A stretch of DNA of 12,299 nucleotides from an uncultured archaeon (lineage in GTDB: Archaea > Asgardarchaeota > Lokiarchaeia > Sigyniarchaeales > SOKP01). The notes beneath the pieces were generated by a model. It was given only the letters and a program-made list of their open reading frames with translations. It was not told where the DNA came from and did no database searches. Positions 8,070 through 12,299 of this stretch are shown here, piece by piece (position 1 is the stretch's first letter; each line of letters opens with the position of its first letter). Both the position numbers and the translations under genes were made by a program. The stretch spans positions 1-12,299 of the forward strand of contig CAZOYD010000086.1 of NCBI GenBank assembly GCA_964583985.1. Direction: 5' to 3'.

Positions 8070-8942
8070 ATGGGTCTTGGTTCAATAAAGTATAAAGGTA
8101 AAAAATTTAATGTTAAAGAAGATCTTGGGCACATAAGATTACAGATAAATTATATGGATATAGAAAATATAACGGAATTAAAGGGACTTGAAAAGCTAAA
8201 ACATGTAACTGCCATAGATTTTTCAAATAACGTGATATCAGAATTAAATGGATTGGAGGAATTGACCAATCTTCAACAGCTATTTCTTAACAATAATCAG
8301 CTTAAGGTAATTGAGGGTCTTGAAAATTTAACAAAACTGGATCGTATATTTCTGGATGGAAATCAAATTCAAGAATTGAAAGGTCTCGATTCTCTAACCA
8401 ACCTTCAATGGTTAGAAATTAATAAGAATGATATTACTGAACTTAAAGGATTAGATAAATTAACCAGCCTTATTAAATTATCACTTCATGAAAATCAAAT
8501 AAAAGAAATAAAAAATTTGGAAGCATTAATTAACCTTCATTCTCTTCTGCTTAATCGTAATCAAATAACAGAAATTAAAAATTTAGAGGCATTATCTAAC
8601 CTTCATTTATTATTCCTTGATCATAACAAAATTACGGAAATTAAGGGGTTAGATACATTAATAAACCTAACGAATTTAAATCTTAATAATAACGAGATAA
8701 CAGAAATTAAAGGATTAGATAAGTTAGTAAATTTAGAAACCTTGTATCTTGATACAAATCAATTAACGGATTTTCATAACTTAGAAACATTAGAAAACCT
8801 TGAGAAACTCAATCTTTTATTTCTTGGTTTTAATCCAATAAAAGCAGAAGAAGAACAATTTAAGAAAGATATGATGGGAGTAGATAATATAAAAAAATTC
8901 ATAGATTCTTATAAAGATTGGAAACAAGTAATTGGAAAATAA
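8070..8942 (+). CDS. Leucine-rich repeat protein, SDS22/internalin-like 22-aa repeats, cytoplasmic
   Basis: 290 aa. Nine consecutive 22-aa repeats (IKGLxxLxNLxxLxLxxNxIxE) are followed by a capping repeat ending LFLGFNPI. No signal peptide or TM segment is visible. Confidence 0.95.
   Translation: MGLGSIKYKGKKFNVKEDLGHIRLQINYMDIENITELKGLEKLKHVTAIDFSNNVISELNGLEELTNLQQLFLNNNQLKVIEGLENLTKLDRIFLDGNQIQELKGLDSLTNLQWLEINKNDITELKGLDKLTSLIKLSLHENQIKEIKNLEALINLHSLLLNRNQITEIKNLEALSNLHLLFLDHNKITEIKGLDTLINLTNLNLNNNEITEIKGLDKLVNLETLYLDTNQLTDFHNLETLENLEKLNLLFLGFNPIKAEEEQFKKDMMGVDNIKKFIDSYKDWKQVIGK
8178..8771 (+). repeat. Coding 66-bp tandem repeat array (9 LRR units)
   Basis: 66-nt periodicity, for example recurring GAAATTAAA/GAAATAAAA followed by AATTT(A/G)GA or GG(A/G)TTAGAT. 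Confidence 0.85.
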
Positions 8943-9024
8943 CATCTGCATCAGAATAAAAATGATCATATTTTTTCATCATCATGGAAAAAATAGACTG
9001 TTAACTCCCCCAATTTTGTATTAT

Positions 9025-9070
9025 AAAGGGATAAATTTTAAGACGTATTCAATATTTAATATTTTAGGGA
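9025..9070 (+). promoter_or_regulatory. Putative BRE-TATA and SD site for the UEV-JAMM gene
   Basis: AAAGGGATAAA is followed by TTTTAAG (9036-9042). AGGGA lies at 9066-9070, 5 nt before an in-frame TTG at 9076. Confidence 0.45.
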
Positions 9071-9075
9071 TTAAT

Positions 9076-9738
9076 TTGAAAAATATTGAAGATGAATATC
9101 AAAAAATAATCGAATTTTATCCGAATGCAATTTTTGAGAAAAATAGTATTTATCAAGTAAAAATTCCATTGAAAGATAAAATTTGTTTAAAAATCAATTT
9201 TAAAAATTACCCAAAAAAACCAAATGTTAATTTAATAAGTAAAGATGGTTACATTTCTCAAAAAATTGATAAAATTATTCCTTCCCTTAAAAGATGGGAA
9301 AAAAACCATCCTCCTAATATTGTAGATCTCATTAATGAAATAGTAACTTTCATTAAAAATTTCGAATCTAATGAGATAAAGATCAAAAAAGAATTACTAT
9401 ATGGAATTTTAGCGTTATGTAAAAAGCAACATCCAAGAGAAATATTAGGGTTTCTAAGATGCATTGATGGAGTTGCGATAGAATATATCTTACCTCCAGG
9501 AGTAATTACTTCTAACACTTCTGGGTTATTTTCTTCTAATAGATTGGGTGTTGATTTAACACTCAAGGGTTCTGTTCATTCACATCCTTCTGGAAATCCT
9601 AATCCTTCTCTTGTTGATATTAATAATGTTTTTAAAACAAGAGAATTCAATTTTATTATCGCTTATCCATATAATGTGAGTAAAATAAAATGCTTTAATA
9701 GTAAAGGACGGGAGATTGAGTTCAGAATATTAGATTAA
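9076..9738 (+). CDS. UEV/E2-fold domain fused to a JAMM/MPN+ (Mov34/JAB) metallo-isopeptidase; about 220 aa from a probable TTG start at 9076 (ORF track start 8932)
   Basis: The C-terminal half has the catalytic Glu in HPRE (9439-9441) and a complete H-S-H-x7-S-x2-D motif, HSHPSGNPNPSLVD (9577-9618). The N-terminal half shows a UBC-fold pattern: helix IEDEYQKI, strands, YPKKP (9208-9222), then IPSLKRW and helix IVDLINEI. The JAMM call is firm. The UEV call and the start site are inferred. Confidence 0.85.
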   Translation: MKNIEDEYQKIIEFYPNAIFEKNSIYQVKIPLKDKICLKINFKNYPKKPNVNLISKDGYISQKIDKIIPSLKRWEKNHPPNIVDLINEIVTFIKNFESNEIKIKKELLYGILALCKKQHPREILGFLRCIDGVAIEYILPPGVITSNTSGLFSSNRLGVDLTLKGSVHSHPSGNPNPSLVDINNVFKTREFNFIIAYPYNVSKIKCFNSKGREIEFRILD

Positions 9739-9925
9739 AGAAATAAGCTATTTAATTATTAATTTTAAGTAGATAAGAGAATTATAAGTTAATAAGAAGA
9801 AGATTTTTGAATTTATCAACTAAATTCATGTAATCACATTTGGGTTTATTTTTACTGAGAGAAAGAATAATTTTTAAAATATTCGAATGTAATTAAAATA
9901 TAAGAAATAAAAATTACTGATAATC

Positions 9926-10228
9926 ATGGAAGATTATACACCCGAAAGAAAAATAGTGAGGATGGAACAAATATACGCTGTGGGAGGGACATTTAACGAT
10001 CCCTCAGATTTTGCTAGAACTGTTAATAATAATTTAGTTATTCTTCGGGAAAGTAATAAAAACTGTAAAGTAAAAGATATAAAATTTAATGTATTTAATG
10101 ATCAGCGTTATACAAACACTCCACCAGTATATCTTGCATTTATTATAGCAGAAGTTGATGTAGATGTTACTCCTGAGCCAGAAATCAAGAAAAAAAAAGG
10201 AAAGAAAAATAAAAAGAAGAAAAAATAA
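9926..10228 (+). CDS. Small hypothetical protein, Cse60/DUF2758-like beta-alpha-beta-beta pattern with an acidic linker and poly-Lys tail
   Basis: 100 aa. The pattern F..TVN..L....KVKDIKF....YLAFIIAE resembles Cse60-type domains (recalled similarity, not searched). The tail is KKKKGKKNKKKKK. A TATA-like TTTTTAAA lies near 9871-9878. Confidence 0.7.
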   Translation: MEDYTPERKIVRMEQIYAVGGTFNDPSDFARTVNNNLVILRESNKNCKVKDIKFNVFNDQRYTNTPPVYLAFIIAEVDVDVTPEPEIKKKKGKKNKKKKK

Positions 10229-10403
10229 TCAAAATTTAAATAATATTTTCATCTGCCAATAAAGAAATCCTTAACATCAAACTCTTATTAAATATGCAAA
10301 CCTTAATGGGGTTAACATTATCTCATATTAATTATATGTTTTGAATAAAAACCCTTAAGAATTTAAAATAATAAGGGCGTAAATAAAAAGAAAAATTAAA
10401 TCA

Positions 10404-10430
10404 AATTAGGGACTCCTAATTATTTATATA
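10404..10430 (+). promoter_or_regulatory. Perfect 7-4-7 palindromic operator (DtxR/SirR/MntR-like box) adjoining a TATA box
   Basis: AATTAGG-GACT-CCTAATT at 10404-10421, TTTATATA at 10423-10430, and ATG at 10453, a spacing compatible with a leaderless transcript. Confidence 0.65.
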
Positions 10431-10452
10431 AAAAATAATAATTATTATAATT

Positions 10453-11868
10453 ATGTTAGCAGAATCTCTAAAATCAAAATTTCCAAAAAAGGGACATAAA
10501 GCTTTTCTCCATGAGAAGGGATTAAAACCAACAAAAGAACTATTCCCAAATGGCGGTGGTCCACAAGATGATCTGCTTTATGGTTTTTTATGTCTCGTAT
10601 ATGATGGAGTTCATGAAGTCCTTGAGTTAGAACAAAAAATGAAAAAACTATTTATTTCGACGATGAGACAAAATACGATCACCTCAAAGGATGTGAAGGA
10701 GTTTGTTAGAATTGCTTTAGTTAAAAAATTTATAATATTAAATTCAAAAAATGAAATAGTGCTGAGTAAAAAAGGAAAAATATTCGTAGAAAGTTGTTAT
10801 GTGGAAATTCAGCATGAATCGTATTGGATGGGAAAATTTCTGACTGAGAAAGCTGTTTTAGGTCTTACAGCATTTTTCTTGATAATTTTATCAATTTCTA
10901 AAATTATAATTGGTATTCACTTAAATTCGCGAGGAATGATGAATGATGGATTTGAAAATTTAACAGATCTAATAAAAGTGGCAATAATTCTTGTAATTGG
11001 AATAAATCTTAAAAAAGATAGATTAGCTAGTATAATTATCATTAGCATGATGTTATTCACTGGTATAACTCTTATATTATCAAGTATTGAAACAATCCTA
11101 TTTCCAAGTGTCATTGTTCCTACTGTTCAAGGATATATCTTAGTTCTCGTATCAATATTGATGAATTTAAGCCTAATGTTCCTTAAAGGGCTTGTTGGAA
11201 AATCATCTGGGAACTTAGCTCTTATTAGCGATTCAAAAGATTCAAAATTAAACATGTTAATATCTGGAGGAGTCATGATTGGATTGACTTTTGCGATTTT
11301 TAAAATATACTTTATAGATTCTATTATTGCCATTATTATTGCAATTATTATTTCGAAGGAAGGTATTGAACTCCTGATTGAAATTATCAAAAAAAAAGAT
11401 GAACTAGATATAACTTCAATTAAATTGTTTTCTGATACCCTTTATAGTAGTCGCCTTTCTGGATATTTACTTGGTAATATTAAGGATGATCATCCCACCA
11501 GACAAGGACTAATATTACAGTTCGAAGAAGGAGTGAATCTTGGAAGAATATATTATTGTGGATTTGCCGATTTTTTCTATGATAAGTTAGGTTCTGAGAT
11601 TGCTAATATCTACTTAGAAAAATTGCTTAAAAATAATGTGATTAAAGAGTATGACGAGAAACTATATTTAACAAATAAGGGAGAAGAATCTCTTAAAAAA
11701 TTGAAGAAGTTAGAATATAATACTCACGAGCGTTATCATAATAAGGAAACCTCCATCAATAAAAGATCCGTAATAATACCATTAATATGCATCAGTTTCC
11801 TTATTATACTGATTATATTTGGTCCTCCAATTATTAACGCGATCAATAATTGGATGGCGAGTATTTAA
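10453..11868 (+). CDS. Cation diffusion facilitator (CDF, cation efflux)-like membrane protein with N- and C-terminal winged-helix-like domains and an extra C-terminal TM
   Basis: 471 aa with six central TMs. CDF signatures: KIIIGIHLNSRGMMNDGFENLTD, GKSSGNLALISDSKDSKLN, and FIDSIIAIIIAIII. Wing-like motifs IVLSKKG and LYLTNKG lie in the soluble flanks. Confidence 0.8.
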   Translation: MLAESLKSKFPKKGHKAFLHEKGLKPTKELFPNGGGPQDDLLYGFLCLVYDGVHEVLELEQKMKKLFISTMRQNTITSKDVKEFVRIALVKKFIILNSKNEIVLSKKGKIFVESCYVEIQHESYWMGKFLTEKAVLGLTAFFLIILSISKIIIGIHLNSRGMMNDGFENLTDLIKVAIILVIGINLKKDRLASIIIISMMLFTGITLILSSIETILFPSVIVPTVQGYILVLVSILMNLSLMFLKGLVGKSSGNLALISDSKDSKLNMLISGGVMIGLTFAIFKIYFIDSIIAIIIAIIISKEGIELLIEIIKKKDELDITSIKLFSDTLYSSRLSGYLLGNIKDDHPTRQGLILQFEEGVNLGRIYYCGFADFFYDKLGSEIANIYLEKLLKNNVIKEYDEKLYLTNKGEESLKKLKKLEYNTHERYHNKETSINKRSVIIPLICISFLIILIIFGPPIINAINNWMASI

Positions 11869-11870
11869 TT

Positions 11871-12299
11871 TCAATATAATATCCTAGAACTAATTTCTAC
11901 TAAGTTTTTACAATTGGTCAACTTCATTGCTTTAATGAGGGTTTTCTGCATGTATTCCAAGTGGATCTTTACACCCTCAATTCCAGCGCCTACAGCGGCT
12001 CTTACAATGTCCCTTCCAATTAATACCGCTTCAGCACCTAATGCTATGGCTTTTATCACATCGTATCCTGTCCTTATACCTCCATCAAGAAGGATTTTTA
12101 TTTTTCCTTTCATTTTAGTAGCGATCGATGGTAAAACGTCTAAAGTTCCGGGAGTATGGTCTATTACCCTTCCACCGTGATTAGATACTACAATTGCAGC
12201 TGCTCCAGCTTGATATGCTGATTCCGCATCTTCAATGCACATTATCCCCTTTATAATGACGGGAAGTCTTGTAGAAGCGATCAATTCTCTTAAATCATC
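11871..12299 (-). CDS. FMN-dependent alpha-hydroxy acid dehydrogenase/oxidase (LldD/glycolate oxidase family), C-terminal part; 5'-truncated by the window edge
   Basis: Motifs LPVIIKGI, VVSNHGGR (catalytic His/Arg), LDGGIRTGYD, and ALGAEAVLIGR. The frame stays open to base 12299 (DDLRELIAS...). Confidence 0.93.
   Translation of the reverse strand, partial: DDLRELIASTRLPVIIKGIMCIEDAESAYQAGAAAIVVSNHGGRVIDHTPGTLDVLPSIATKMKGKIKILLDGGIRTGYDVIKAIALGAEAVLIGRDIVRAAVGAGIEGVKIHLEYMQKTLIKAMKLTNCKNLVEISSRILY

Noticed and set aside
8178-8771. CRISPR array or DGR template/variable repeat
   Set aside because: The periodicity is an in-frame coding LRR repeat without unique spacers. No reverse transcriptase is present. 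The 4261/5235 repeat pair also differs at non-adenine positions, unlike a DGR TR/VR pair.
8932-9075. 48-aa N-terminal extension of the JAMM ORF overlapping the LRR stop (apparent translational coupling)
   Set aside because: The sequence looks intergenic (hairpin, T-tract, BRE/TATA-like element). An SD-preceded in-frame TTG at 9076 coincides with the first UEV helix.
9076-9360. Active E2 ubiquitin-conjugating enzyme or a CBASS/Bil-type operon
   Set aside because: There is no HPN motif or catalytic Cys before the conserved Trp, and no E1, Ubl, CD-NTase or effector gene in the window.
11230-11247. Tandem 9-mer GATTCAAAA x2 in the CDF TM5 region
   Set aside because: It is too short to be significant and simply encodes DSK-DSK at normal CDF motif spacing.
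4831-12180. Remaining short ORFs (4831-5058, 5557-5739, 6168-6368, 6840-7064, 7107-7358, 9258-9566, 10917-11114, 11127-11390, 11914-12180)
   Set aside because: All are antisense shadows of longer genes with clear family motifs.

Overview
AT-rich window of archaeal character: TATA/BRE-like promoters, short or leaderless 5' regions, an SDS22-type LRR protein and a ubiquitin-system-like protein. This fits an Asgard (Lokiarchaeia-like) genome, which is my inference. Genes in order: a 5'-truncated DHA2 MFS transporter, an Aquifex-type aconitase, a 2-TM membrane protein, a class I SAM methyltransferase, a divergent GH94-like enzyme (minus strand), an LRR protein, a UEV(E2-fold)-JAMM/MPN+ fusion, a small Cse60-like protein with a poly-Lys tail, an atypical CDF-fold protein flanked by two winged-helix-like domains, and a truncated FMN-dependent alpha-hydroxy acid oxidase. 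The most notable items: (1) a TSG101/Vps23-like UEV domain fused to an intact JAMM isopeptidase next to an LRR gene; (2) the methyltransferase sits between two diverged copies of the GH94 3' end (974-bp offset), a gene-capture footprint with no integrase in view; (3) a perfect DtxR/SirR-like palindrome abutting the TATA box of the odd CDF gene.
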